Source: an uncultured Bacteroidota bacterium
GTDB lineage: Bacteria > Bacteroidota > Ignavibacteria > UBA10030 > UBA6906
Direction: 5' to 3'
Assembly (NCBI GenBank): GCA_963700635.1
Contig: CAVOYH010000003.1
Span: 928,001 to 992,000 of the forward strand
Length of the DNA stretch: 64,000 bases
The notes under the pieces were generated by a model. That model did not search any database, was not told where the DNA came from, and saw only the letters and a program-made list of their open reading frames with translations. The position numbers and the translations under genes are program-made. Each line of letters begins with the position of its first letter. Position 1 is the first letter of the stretch. Of the stretch, positions 1 through 9,475 are shown piece after piece.

Positions 1-1380
1 CAGCGTGCAGTCTCCGGTGTACTCAAGATGGCGGACAAGGGAGATCGAGCGGGATGCCATGTCGGTTTGCAGAAAGTCCAGCAGCTGATCCAGCGTGGAA
101 CCGAGTTGAACGGTCTCGAGGCGGAGGTGGCTGGTGCCCCGGGCAAAATCGAGCGTCTCCTGTGCCATGGTATTAAGCCGGTCAATCTGGCGGATCATCT
201 CGTCAGCCATTTCCGCGGGCTTTTGTGAGCCGCCGCCCCGTTTGATAAGCTCGGCATAGAGCCTGACCGTGGCCATCGGATTCTTGATGTCGTGCAGGAT
301 TGTGGAGGCCATTCGGCCGACGGCGCTCAGCCGTTCATTCTGGACCATCTCCTGTGCAATTCTCGCATTGTCCAGTGCGATTGAGGCATGGACGGATAGT
401 GCTTCGATGAACGCCTCGTCTTCCGGCCCGAAATGCCCTATATGCTTGTTCAAAAGCTGAAACACCCCGACGATGATCCCTTCCTTGTCCCGCATGGGCA
501 TACACAATACGGTTTGGGTGGAATATCCGCTTCTTTTGTCAATCTCAGGGTTAAACCGGGGATCACTGTAGGCATCGGTGATGTTTACAACCTCTCCCGT
601 TCGTGCTACAAATCCGGAAAGCCCTTTTCCCATGGGAAGCCGGATTTCGACCATCCCGTCGCCCTGCGCCACCTTGGACCAGAGTTCATCGGTCTTTCGA
701 TCCACCAGATACAGGGTACCCCGGTCAGCACCGATACTCCGTGCTGCAACATCCACGATGATGCCGAGCAGAGTATCCAGATCGATGGCGGAGTTGACAC
801 TCTTGCTTGCCTCAATGAGCATGCTCAACTTGTCCACCTTGTTCTTCGACGCGAGCGCGTTGCGGCCAAGTTCCATGACAAACGTCTGATCCATGGTTCT
901 GAGCCGGATGGCAAGATTGTGGAGCAGATTCAGGGCGACCTGGCGGTTCTTGTTGACCAGGGTACGGAATTCTTCCGCGGTCAGAATCAGCACCGTGCAT
1001 TCATCCAGGGCTTCAGCGCGGGCTGAACGGGGGAGGCCGTCAATCAGGGAGAGTTCCCCAAAAAAGTCCCCTGAATGCAGAACAGCGAGCAACGATTCGA
1101 CACCGAATTTCGTATATTTCTTTATCCGGACCCGGCCGCTGCACAGGAGATACAGTTCCCGGCCCTTGGAATACTCATCAAAGATGAGATCGCCCCCGGG
1201 GATGGTGCGTTGGGTAAAATGTGCAAGACTCCTGAGAATCACGCGTGGTGCGACATCGCGGAAGAGGATGTTCTGCGTAAGCGCCTCCAGCATGGGGGGA
1301 GAAACTTTTGCTGAGGGGCGCGCTGGAAGACGGCGTTTCGTCTTGCCTTTTGGTGCTTTTGAGGGTCGTGTTTTTTTCAT
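1..1380 (-). CDS. Sensor histidine kinase with cNMP-binding + GAF + HisKA domains (runs off window edge; C-terminus missing)
   Basis: Absent from the ORF track; translated by hand from the ATG at 1380. Shows cNMP motif GDFFGELSLIDGLPRSARAEA, GAF motif DAYSDPRFNPEIDKRSGY...LCMPM...QLLNK and H-box RLSAVGRMASTILHDIKNPM. Confidence 0.9.
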   Translation of the reverse strand, partial: MKKTRPSKAPKGKTKRRLPARPSAKVSPPMLEALTQNILFRDVAPRVILRSLAHFTQRTIPGGDLIFDEYSKGRELYLLCSGRVRIKKYTKFGVESLLAVLHSGDFFGELSLIDGLPRSARAEALDECTVLILTAEEFRTLVNKNRQVALNLLHNLAIRLRTMDQTFVMELGRNALASKNKVDKLSMLIEASKSVNSAIDLDTLLGIIVDVAARSIGADRGTLYLVDRKTDELWSKVAQGDGMVEIRLPMGKGLSGFVARTGEVVNITDAYSDPRFNPEIDKRSGYSTQTVLCMPMRDKEGIIVGVFQLLNKHIGHFGPEDEAFIEALSVHASIALDNARIAQEMVQNERLSAVGRMASTILHDIKNPMATVRLYAELIKRGGGSQKPAEMADEMIRQIDRLNTMAQETLDFARGTSHLRLETVQLGSTLDQLLDFLQTDMASRSISLVRHLEYTGDCTL

Positions 1381-1489
1381 TAAACGGTCGGAGTGAAGAG
1401 AGACGGCCCCCTGAGGGTTGTTGCAAAAAAATAGACAAAAGGTCCGCCAGAGTCAAGCTGACAAGTGACGCTCACAAAGGAACCCTTGT

Positions 1490-2461
1490 ATGCATGATGA
1501 GGTGTTGCTGCAAACATCCGGATTGAGCAAGCGCTACGGGAAACGGTGGGCGGTGCATGACCTGAACCTTACAGTCCGCCGCGGCGAGGTCTTCGGATTT
1601 CTCGGTCCCAATGGAGCCGGAAAGAGCACGACCATCCGCATGCTCCTTTCACTGATCAAACCCACCGCGGGTCACATTGAACTTTTTGCCAGTCCCCTTC
1701 ACCGAAACCGGGCGTCTGTGTTAAAACGTGTCGGAGGCCTTGTCGAGCGCCCCGATTTTTATCTGTACCTTTCCGCACGGCGTAATCTCGAAATCGTGGC
1801 GGCACTCAGGGGTGACGGTTCCCACAGCGACATCAACCGTGTGCTCGACATCGTCGGACTCCAGTCCCGGGCTGATGACAACGTAAAGGTATACTCCCAC
1901 GGCATGAAACAGCGACTGGGCATCGCGCAGGCGTTGCTGGGCAAGCCGGAACTGGTCATTCTGGATGAGCCAACATCCGGACTCGATCCGCAGGGAATCA
2001 AGGAGGTTCGTGAACTGATCCAGCAGTTATCCCGTTCGGGTGCCGTCACGGTGTTTCTTTCTTCTCATCTGCTCAGCGAAATTGAACAGACGGCCACCTG
2101 CATGGCCATCATCAATCAAGGAAAGCTCGTTGTGCAGGGTGGCGTGTCGGAATTGCTCGCTGCGGGTCCCGGCATTATCCGGATAGATGCCCGGCCGCCC
2201 GGACGGGCGCTGGAGATTCTCAAAACCTCAACTCTTGTGACCGGCGCATCCATGGTGGATCCGTACATCGAATGTACGGCACCGTTCGAGGCGACCCCCG
2301 CCCTGTTGCGACTTCTCGTGGATGCGGGTATTGATGTCCATGCCCTCACCCCGCGCCGTTCTCTGGAAGAATACTTCCTCTCCATAACCGAGGGAGCTTC
2401 CGATGTGCATGCGCCGGATCTCACGGTCCAGGTTCCGGCATCAGGGGAGAGTCCGGAATGA
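1490..2461 (+). CDS. ABC transporter ATP-binding protein (BcrA-like exporter)
   Basis: Walker A GPNGAGKST, signature YSHGMKQR, Walker B ILDEP, SSH switch. Confidence 0.93.
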   Translation: MHDEVLLQTSGLSKRYGKRWAVHDLNLTVRRGEVFGFLGPNGAGKSTTIRMLLSLIKPTAGHIELFASPLHRNRASVLKRVGGLVERPDFYLYLSARRNLEIVAALRGDGSHSDINRVLDIVGLQSRADDNVKVYSHGMKQRLGIAQALLGKPELVILDEPTSGLDPQGIKEVRELIQQLSRSGAVTVFLSSHLLSEIEQTATCMAIINQGKLVVQGGVSELLAAGPGIIRIDARPPGRALEILKTSTLVTGASMVDPYIECTAPFEATPALLRLLVDAGIDVHALTPRRSLEEYFLSITEGASDVHAPDLTVQVPASGESPE

Positions 2462-3294
2462 GAACGATCCTCGGCAACGAAATCCTCAAGACCTCGCTCA
2501 AATGGAGGTCCTATATTTCCTTTATTACCATCGCGGTGATCATTCCCCTGGTGGATCTTGGACTCTTTCTTGAACGCGGAGGGTGGGCGCGATCGATTAC
2601 CCGCGGCCTTTCCCAGGATTTTCTGGTGATGGGGAATATCAAGAACGCATACTTTGTGACCTATTTTCTCATGAATGCGCTCTGGATCCATATTCCCTTC
2701 CTCATCACCCTCGGTGCGGGAGATCAACTGGCAGGTGAAGCAACGGGAGGAACGTTTCGCATCCTGCTGACACGACCGGCTTCCCGTTCGTATATCCTCT
2801 TTACGAAGTATATTACCACGTTGCTGTACGCAGCCGCGCTCGTGGTCTTTATGGGGGCGCTCTCGCTCGGACTCGGGGCCGTGCTGTTCGGGACCGGTGA
2901 TCTGCTGGTTCCGGGCAGAACGTTTATCGTCCATGCGGAACATGATGTGCTCTGGCGCATGGCTATCAGCTTCGCGCTTGCAACGTGGGGTATGTGGACG
3001 GTTGCCTCGCTCGCGTTTCTCTTTTCTTCGCTTGTGGAGAACGGTATCGGCCCGATCATCGGGACGATGGCCATCATCATCGGTTCGTACATCATCGGTA
3101 ATGTTCCGGTGGATCTGTTTGCCTCGATCAAACCGTATCTCTTCACCACATATCTTGATCTGTGGGCGAAGGTCTTTGAAGATCCCGTGCCGTGGGATAC
3201 CCTGCTCCATTCAATCCTTGTCCTTGGCGCATTCAACGTTGGTTTTTACCTTGTAACTTGGTATATTTTTCTGAAGAAAGATGTTCTGAGCTGA
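2458..3294 (+). CDS. ABC-2 type transporter permease
   Basis: About 6 hydrophobic segments, GE..GGT..ILLTRPASR motif, 4-bp overlap with the ATPase gene. Confidence 0.88.
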   Translation: MRTILGNEILKTSLKWRSYISFITIAVIIPLVDLGLFLERGGWARSITRGLSQDFLVMGNIKNAYFVTYFLMNALWIHIPFLITLGAGDQLAGEATGGTFRILLTRPASRSYILFTKYITTLLYAAALVVFMGALSLGLGAVLFGTGDLLVPGRTFIVHAEHDVLWRMAISFALATWGMWTVASLAFLFSSLVENGIGPIIGTMAIIIGSYIIGNVPVDLFASIKPYLFTTYLDLWAKVFEDPVPWDTLLHSILVLGAFNVGFYLVTWYIFLKKDVLS

Positions 3295-3326
3295 TTTGCC
3301 TTCCTTCATCACTCCAGGAACCCATC

Positions 3327-4499
3327 ATGGACTTGCTCCGCATCCAGGAGGCTCTCCGCCAACGGAAGATCGGCGGGTGGTTGCTCTGCGATTTTCATAA
3401 CCGCGATCATCTTGCCATTCATATTCTCGGACTTGACCCCAAACGTATGACGACGCGCCGCTGGTTTTATTATATACCGGCCCGCGGCAAACCGAAGAAA
3501 CTGGTTCATACTGTGGAGAAGGGAAAGCTCGACACTCTGCCCGGAAACAAGACCGTCTATCTGTCCTGGGAACAGCTGCATGCCTCGCTCAAGAAGATGC
3601 TCGGTCCCGCCAAACGTATTGCCATGCAGTACTCGCCGAAGAACAACATTCCGGCGGTGTCCCTGGTGGACGCCGGCACGATCGAATTAGTCCGGAGTTT
3701 CGGACACAAAGTCGTTTCCTCGGCCGATCTTGTTCAATTGTTTGAAGCCGTGATTGACGAAAAAGGATATCAGCTTCACAAGGAGGCAGCGGCGATTGTC
3801 GACCGGATTCGCGCTGAGGCATTCAGCCGTATTCGCGATGGCATCCGGACCGGGGATGGTATCTCCGAGTATGACATCACCCAGATGATCCTGCGGCGGT
3901 TCAAGGAAGAGGGGCTTACCACCGCGGATGCTCCGATCGTCGGATCGAACGAACATCCGACCGATCCACATTTTGAATCGAAGCCGGGGAATAACAGGCC
4001 GTTTGCGCCGGGCGATACCGTCCTTATCGATCTGTGGGCGAAGAAGGATGTGCCGGCGGGCATCTACTACGATATCACATGGCTCGGCTACATCGGTGCG
4101 ACGCCTCCGGCGGAATACGAAAAGATCTTTAAGGTAGTGGTCCGTGCCCGTGATGCCGCCATTACATTTGTGAAGGAACGATTTGCGTCGAATCGCCCCT
4201 GTGCGGGGTGGGAAGTGGACGAAGTTTGTCGCGGTGTCGTGAAAAAGGCGGGGTACGGCAAGTATTTTGTCCATCGCACCGGCCATTCGATAGGCGGGGA
4301 AACCCACGGGAATGGCGGGAACATCGACAATCTCGAGACACGTGACGACCGCCAGCTGGTGCCCGGCTGTTGCTTTTCCATTGAACCCGGAATCTATCTC
4401 GAAAGAATGGCGGCACGAACCGAGATTAATATCTTCATCCGCCACGACGGAGTTCCGGAAGTGACGGGGGAGATGCAGAAGGAGCTGGTGCTGCTGTAG
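3327..4499 (+). CDS. M24 family metallopeptidase (Xaa-Pro aminopeptidase-like)
   Basis: Metal ligands IDLW..., YDITW, HRTGHSIG, FSIEPGIY, RTE; start taken at ATG 3327. Confidence 0.9.
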   Translation: MDLLRIQEALRQRKIGGWLLCDFHNRDHLAIHILGLDPKRMTTRRWFYYIPARGKPKKLVHTVEKGKLDTLPGNKTVYLSWEQLHASLKKMLGPAKRIAMQYSPKNNIPAVSLVDAGTIELVRSFGHKVVSSADLVQLFEAVIDEKGYQLHKEAAAIVDRIRAEAFSRIRDGIRTGDGISEYDITQMILRRFKEEGLTTADAPIVGSNEHPTDPHFESKPGNNRPFAPGDTVLIDLWAKKDVPAGIYYDITWLGYIGATPPAEYEKIFKVVVRARDAAITFVKERFASNRPCAGWEVDEVCRGVVKKAGYGKYFVHRTGHSIGGETHGNGGNIDNLETRDDRQLVPGCCFSIEPGIYLERMAARTEINIFIRHDGVPEVTGEMQKELVLL

Positions 4500-4564
4500 A
4501 TCCCGGACCAGTCCGGTCCGGCGCTCCGTGTCGGACGTTCTCCAACATTCATCAGAGAAAGCCT

Positions 4565-5842
4565 ATGTCCTCATCCTTCCGCCTCTCCACCGTCCGCAAC
4601 GGGTTTCATCCGACGTTCTGGGTAGCCAACGGCATGGAGCTGTTCGAGCGGCTCGCGTACTACGGGCAGCAGACCATCCTTGTAATTTATCTGCGTGACA
4701 GTCTCGGGTATACGGCGCAGGAAGTCGGCAACCTGTCCGCAATGTTCGGTGGTCTGATTTATCTCCTGCCGATCGTGGCGGGGACGATCGCGGATCGACT
4801 CGGGTTCCGGAAGGCCTTCTCCATCGCGTTCTTCATCCTTGCGGTCGGGTACTTCATGATCGGATTCACCGGGATGGCGCCGATGCAGGGCGCGCTCGGT
4901 CAGCCGCCCAGTTTCTGGCTGATGATGTTAATGATTGTTTTTACCGCCATCGGAGGCTCCTTTATCAAGCCAGCGGTGCTCGGAACGGTTGCCATCACCT
5001 CGCAACCCGAGACCAAATCGTTGGGCTTTGCAATTTATTACTGGATTGTGAACATCGGCGCAGCACTCGGGCCGGTGATTGCGTTTCTGGTTCGCGACAG
5101 CATAGGCATCCAGTACGTCTATATGGTCTCCGCCATAAGTTGCGCCCTCATGCTGATCGTGAACCTGTTGTTCTACAAGGAAGTGCGCGATGCCGCGCAC
5201 ACAGTTCAAGAGACCCTCGCCGATAAGATGCGCAATCTTGTCTTTGTGCTCGGCAATTTCAAGTTTATGATTTTCCTGCTGATCTTCTCATTGTACTGGA
5301 TCGTGTTCTGGCAGATCTTTATCCTGGTGCCATTTTATGTGAACGATTTTATTTCGCCCGACGCGCCCTATGAGATCATCATGTCTGCGGGAGCATTCGG
5401 CATTATTGTCTTCCAGCTTTCGATCAACTGGCTTACGCGCGGCCTCTCGCCGCGCACTTCGATCCTGATCGGTTTTGGAATCTCCAGCCTGCTCTGGCTC
5501 ATTGTCGCGATCCATCCCACGATCTGGACCATTGTGGCCGGGATTCTGGTCTTCTCGATCGGAGAAATGATTCAGGCGCCGCGGTATTACGAGTACATCT
5601 CCACCCTTGCGCCTCCGGGACAGCAGGGGCTCTTTCAGGGATATGCCTTCCTTCCCATTGCCATTGCGCGGTTTGTCGGTGATCCCATCGGCGCGTATCT
5701 GTACTCCACCTATGCGCATACGTCGGTCGGACCGCAGGGTGTCTTCCTTATGGTGTTTGGGATTGGCGTCGTGGCGACAATTCTTATGGCGATCTACAAT
5801 GCCGTCGTGTCTGCGGGCGAGAGGAAGGCCCAAGGGGTGTAA
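4565..5842 (+). CDS. MFS transporter, proton-dependent oligopeptide (POT/PTR) family
   Basis: ELFERLAYYG (ExxERFxYY-like) motif, ADRLG, FAIYYWIVNIG, about 12 TM segments. Confidence 0.88.
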   Translation: MSSSFRLSTVRNGFHPTFWVANGMELFERLAYYGQQTILVIYLRDSLGYTAQEVGNLSAMFGGLIYLLPIVAGTIADRLGFRKAFSIAFFILAVGYFMIGFTGMAPMQGALGQPPSFWLMMLMIVFTAIGGSFIKPAVLGTVAITSQPETKSLGFAIYYWIVNIGAALGPVIAFLVRDSIGIQYVYMVSAISCALMLIVNLLFYKEVRDAAHTVQETLADKMRNLVFVLGNFKFMIFLLIFSLYWIVFWQIFILVPFYVNDFISPDAPYEIIMSAGAFGIIVFQLSINWLTRGLSPRTSILIGFGISSLLWLIVAIHPTIWTIVAGILVFSIGEMIQAPRYYEYISTLAPPGQQGLFQGYAFLPIAIARFVGDPIGAYLYSTYAHTSVGPQGVFLMVFGIGVVATILMAIYNAVVSAGERKAQGV

Positions 5843-5844
5843 CT

Positions 5845-6543
5845 ATGGAATACGTGTGGATCGGGCTCCTTGCCTTTTTCCTCCAGGGCACTCCTGACGG
5901 ACGCACCATCCTTTCGAAGGTAGAGGCGCAGGTCGGGAAGGTGAAGGACTACACCGTTACCCTCGATGTTGTTGCCGATATCGAAAGGCTCAAAGTTCCA
6001 CCGATGCATGCGACGATGTACTACAAACACCCTGACAAAGTATTTTTTGATACAAAGGGATTTGCCATGCTCCCGCGCGAAAGTATGGGGCTCCAGTTCG
6101 GCGGCCTCAGCCGGCGGTATGCGGTGGACAGCGTACGACGGGAGGGGAAAGGTACTCCCGTGGTGTATCGTCTGGTGATGCATCCCCGTGATGAACGGAC
6201 TGCCTTCCATACGGTATACGTGTGGATTAACGGCGACCGGTGGACGCCCGAGCGGCTTGAGATTCCCCGGAGCGGAGGCAAGTCGATGCGCGCAACATTT
6301 CGCTACGAACATGTTCAGGGATTCTGGCTGCCGACGGAGTTGACGGCTCAGTTTGATGTGTCGCTGCCCGACTCCGCTCCGGCCGCGCCGACAGATCCTT
6401 TTAGTCTCGCAGAGCCATCGACGCGCGCAACATCGAGAGGAAACCAGCGCACCGGACAGGTAACGGTGCGCTACTCTGACTACCGGGTGAACACCGGACT
6501 GCCGGACGATATTTTTATGAAGCCGGAAGGAACAAAGGAGTAG
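5845..6543 (+). CDS. LolA-like / outer-membrane lipoprotein-sorting protein
   Basis: N-terminal hydrophobic signal, beta-rich, ends ...VRYSDYRVNTGLPDDIF typical of the LolA-like fold. Confidence 0.65.
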   Translation: MEYVWIGLLAFFLQGTPDGRTILSKVEAQVGKVKDYTVTLDVVADIERLKVPPMHATMYYKHPDKVFFDTKGFAMLPRESMGLQFGGLSRRYAVDSVRREGKGTPVVYRLVMHPRDERTAFHTVYVWINGDRWTPERLEIPRSGGKSMRATFRYEHVQGFWLPTELTAQFDVSLPDSAPAAPTDPFSLAEPSTRATSRGNQRTGQVTVRYSDYRVNTGLPDDIFMKPEGTKE

Positions 6544-6556
6544 GCGGATCGGTTGC

Positions 6557-6585
6557 TTGACAATGGATGCTGAGCACGGTATATT
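6557..6585 (+). promoter_or_regulatory. Sigma70-type promoter for the riboswitch-nrdJ transcript
   Basis: TTGACA (6557-6562), 17-nt spacer, TATATT (6580-6585). Confidence 0.75.
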
Positions 6586-6601
6586 GGCAGCAGTTCATTC
6601 T

Positions 6602-6777
6602 CAATGATGTATCCGGTCAAGGGAATTCCGTCAAAGCGGAAGCTGCCCCGCAACTGTATGTGACAACCGGCGTACGCGCCACTGACTCTGCGGATGGTCG
6701 GGAAGGCGCTACCGCAGTCCATGTCACGAGCCAGGAGACCTGCCGGTTTCATTGTCACGAAAACCTTCGCGGGAAGG
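6602..6777 (+). ncRNA. Cobalamin (B12) riboswitch
   Basis: Conserved elements in order: GGT-AAGGGAA, hairpin TTCCG..CGGAA, GCTGCCCCGCAACTGT, GCCACTG, GGGAAGGC, B12 box GAGCCAGGAGACCTGCC, then P13 hairpin CCTTC-GCGG-GAAGG. Confidence 0.93.
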
Positions 6778-6821
6778 GAACTGATACACACAGGTTGGCA
6801 CCCACATCACACCTGTGTACG

Positions 6822-6854
6822 CCCCTGTTTTCCCGCAGAAGAGAGGGGTTTTTT
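6822..6854 (+). terminator. Intrinsic terminator (riboswitch expression platform)
   Basis: CCCCT-G-TTTTC / CCGCA loop / GAAGA-G-AGGGG followed by T6, just upstream of the nrdJ start. Confidence 0.75.
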
Positions 6855-6873
6855 CATTTCAGGAGAGAAGCGT

Positions 6874-9399
6874 ATGGTGTTGCAGGACATGTTCGCCTTA
6901 AGAGGCAAGACGGCACGCCGCATCGGTGAAGATCGCACGGCGATGTATCAGCAACTCTATGCAGAACTCTCAGACAAAGTTGAAAACGGAACACTTCCGA
7001 GTCATCCCGACTACTTGTGCGGAAACGAACTCGCTTCCAATATCTATCGCAAAAAGTACTTCGTCAAGGATCTGGGCGGCCAGGCGGTTGAACAAAGGCC
7101 AGAAGATGTGTTTGTACGTCTCGCCTCCTTCCTCGCTTCGACGGAAAAAACCCCCGAACTCCGGACCCGCTGGGCTGAAAGCTTCTATCGTATGCTCTAT
7201 GAAGGCCGGTTCATCAGCGGCGGACGCGTGCTTGCAGGGGCCGGTGACCTGTACCGGCTCAAGACCCTGGCGAACTGTTTCGTTACCACAATCAAAGAAG
7301 ACAATATCGAGTCTATTTACCAGGCGGCATATGAATGCGCCCGGACCTACTCCTACGGCGGCGGCATCGGGGTGGATATCAGCGGACTCCGTCCGAAAGA
7401 TTCCGTGGTCCACAATGCAGCCGACAAATCTACCGGCGCTGTTTCGTTTATGGATATCTTCTCGTTGACCACCGGCCTGATCGGGCAGAGCGGACGGCGG
7501 GGAGCGCTGATGTTGACGATTGACATCAAACATCCCGACGTTCTTGACTTTGTCCGCGTTAAAAAGGTCCCGAACTGGGTCACACATCAGATTGTGGAAC
7601 AATGCCAGTGGTCCGGACGGTTTGATGATGCGCAACTACGGGAAATTGAACGGCAGGTGCGGGAAAACACGCAGGTGCGGTTTGCCAATATCAGCATCAA
7701 GGCAACCGACGAATTTATGCAGGCCGTGGATGAACAAACGCGCTACGGACCGGCCGCAATTCTGGTCTATCGAAAATTCTCCCGTCCCACGGTGTTCTCC
7801 GCGTACCAGGATCAGGACCATCATTATTCCTTTGGCATTCCCGCAAAAGACATCACCGGATACGAATTTGCCGGTGATTTTGCCACACTCGAAGGCCTGA
7901 ATAAATGGCTGGAGAAACAGGGAGGCGGCGCAGTCACGGAAGACCAGCTTGCCGACGGAAGCACCCGCGACGTCTACGGTGACGTCGTTGTGGAGCTCCC
8001 GCAGCAGAAATACGATCTGGCCGTTCGCGTTGCAGGTGATTTTATGCTGTATTTTGCCTCGGCGCAGACCGGCGAAATCCGGCGCCTGACCAAGGCCAGA
8101 GAAATCTGGGATGCCTTTATCGAAAGCAACTACCACACGGCAGAACCCGGACTCATATTCTGGACGGCGATGGCCAAGTACAGTCCGTCGAATTATGTGG
8201 GCAGGCCAATAGCCTGTACCAACCCGTGTGCGGAAGTCCCCCTGGAAGACGGCGGTGCCTGCAACCTCGGCTCCATTAATCTGAGCAGGTTTGTGGTGGA
8301 CGGGTACACGGAAAAAGCCCGGGTGGACTGGCAGGCCCTGACTGAAGTGACACACCATGCGGTGCGGTTTCTTGACAATGTGGTGCTCTGGAACGAGATT
8401 CTGAACCCCCTTGAAAAACAGCGTCGGGCTGCATCGGAGACACGGCGCCTTGGCCTCGGGGTCATGGGTATTGCGGATATGGTCAACCAGCTCGGCAAGA
8501 TGTACGATAGTGATGAAGCGGTGGAGCTGATGGAACGGGTGATGGAGACCATATGTAATGCCGCGTACCAATCGTCAGCACTCCTTGCCGCTGAAAAAGG
8601 CCCCTCCCCGATCTTTTCCTTCGAGGACTATGCGCGGTGCCCGTTCTTCCAGGAAGCGCTCAGCGATGAAACGCGGGCGCTGATACAGGAACACGGGCTG
8701 CGTAATATCGCCATCATGTCCATTGCGCCAACCGGGAGTATTTCCAATATCGTCCTGGGTTTTGCCCACCAGGGAAAAAACTATATCGGTGTGTCAGGCG
8801 GCGTCGAACCGGTCTTTGCACTGTACTACTCACGCCGATCGGAATCCTTTGGCAATCAGATCTTTCGCGTCTTCCACAGCACGGTGCAGGCGTACCTGGA
8901 GATGCACGGACTTGCGGAAGAAGCCCAGAAGAAACCGCTGGATGAATTGTTGCCGGCGCACTTCTTCCGGACAGCGCACGTTATTGCGCCGGACATGAGG
9001 GTCCAGGTCCAGGGAACATGTCAGAAGTTCGTGGATCACTCCATCTCATCAACGGTGAACCTCCCGGAGGATATCGAGCCGGAAGTGATTTCAAGAATAT
9101 ACGTGCAGGCGTGGAAGAGCGGGCTGAAGGGAATCACCGTCTATCGTGACGGAAGCAGGTATCCTATCCTCAGTGTTGACGGCAAGCACACGCCATTTCA
9201 GGAGATCAAAAACAAGAAGTATGCGCTGCGTGTACCGCAGGCGGAGGGAGAGAAACAACAGGTGCAGGAGGTTGCAGGCGAAGAGGTCATACGGATGCCG
9301 GACGGGCGGTTGACGACGGTGTATCATCTGCTGAAACGGCGCGAACAGTCCCGCGATGAGACGCCGAAGGCGACGGAAGTTATACTGAATCAGAACTGA
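6874..9399 (+). CDS. nrdJ: Class II (adenosylcobalamin-type) ribonucleotide reductase, catalytic subunit NrdJa
   Basis: LANCF, TNPCAEVPL, ACNLGSINL, IAPTGSIS, GLKGITVYRDGSR (class II-type, no class I YY pair); no ATP cone; AGGAG precedes ATG 6874 (6943 is an alternative start). Confidence 0.9.
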   Translation: MVLQDMFALRGKTARRIGEDRTAMYQQLYAELSDKVENGTLPSHPDYLCGNELASNIYRKKYFVKDLGGQAVEQRPEDVFVRLASFLASTEKTPELRTRWAESFYRMLYEGRFISGGRVLAGAGDLYRLKTLANCFVTTIKEDNIESIYQAAYECARTYSYGGGIGVDISGLRPKDSVVHNAADKSTGAVSFMDIFSLTTGLIGQSGRRGALMLTIDIKHPDVLDFVRVKKVPNWVTHQIVEQCQWSGRFDDAQLREIERQVRENTQVRFANISIKATDEFMQAVDEQTRYGPAAILVYRKFSRPTVFSAYQDQDHHYSFGIPAKDITGYEFAGDFATLEGLNKWLEKQGGGAVTEDQLADGSTRDVYGDVVVELPQQKYDLAVRVAGDFMLYFASAQTGEIRRLTKAREIWDAFIESNYHTAEPGLIFWTAMAKYSPSNYVGRPIACTNPCAEVPLEDGGACNLGSINLSRFVVDGYTEKARVDWQALTEVTHHAVRFLDNVVLWNEILNPLEKQRRAASETRRLGLGVMGIADMVNQLGKMYDSDEAVELMERVMETICNAAYQSSALLAAEKGPSPIFSFEDYARCPFFQEALSDETRALIQEHGLRNIAIMSIAPTGSISNIVLGFAHQGKNYIGVSGGVEPVFALYYSRRSESFGNQIFRVFHSTVQAYLEMHGLAEEAQKKPLDELLPAHFFRTAHVIAPDMRVQVQGTCQKFVDHSISSTVNLPEDIEPEVISRIYVQAWKSGLKGITVYRDGSRYPILSVDGKHTPFQEIKNKKYALRVPQAEGEKQQVQEVAGEEVIRMPDGRLTTVYHLLKRREQSRDETPKATEVILNQN

Positions 9400-9475
9400 C
9401 CTCCGACCGGCAGCAATCTGCCGTAACGATGCGGCGGACGTACGATAGAGCAGGAACATCTCGTAAGGATTACCG

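Noticed and set aside
433-1396. Plus-strand ORFs at the window start
   Set aside because: They are antisense shadows of the minus-strand histidine kinase.
6573-6588. Possible NrdR box (GCACGGTATATTGGCA)
   Set aside because: A single partial match that is explained by the -10 element; no tandem second box seen.
6694-6873. N-terminal extension of the nrdJ ORF
   Set aside because: It overlaps the riboswitch and terminator; the SD supports a start at 6874.
7741-8040. Possible intein in NrdJ
   Set aside because: No Cys/Ser start with His-Asn end, and no LAGLIDADG motif.
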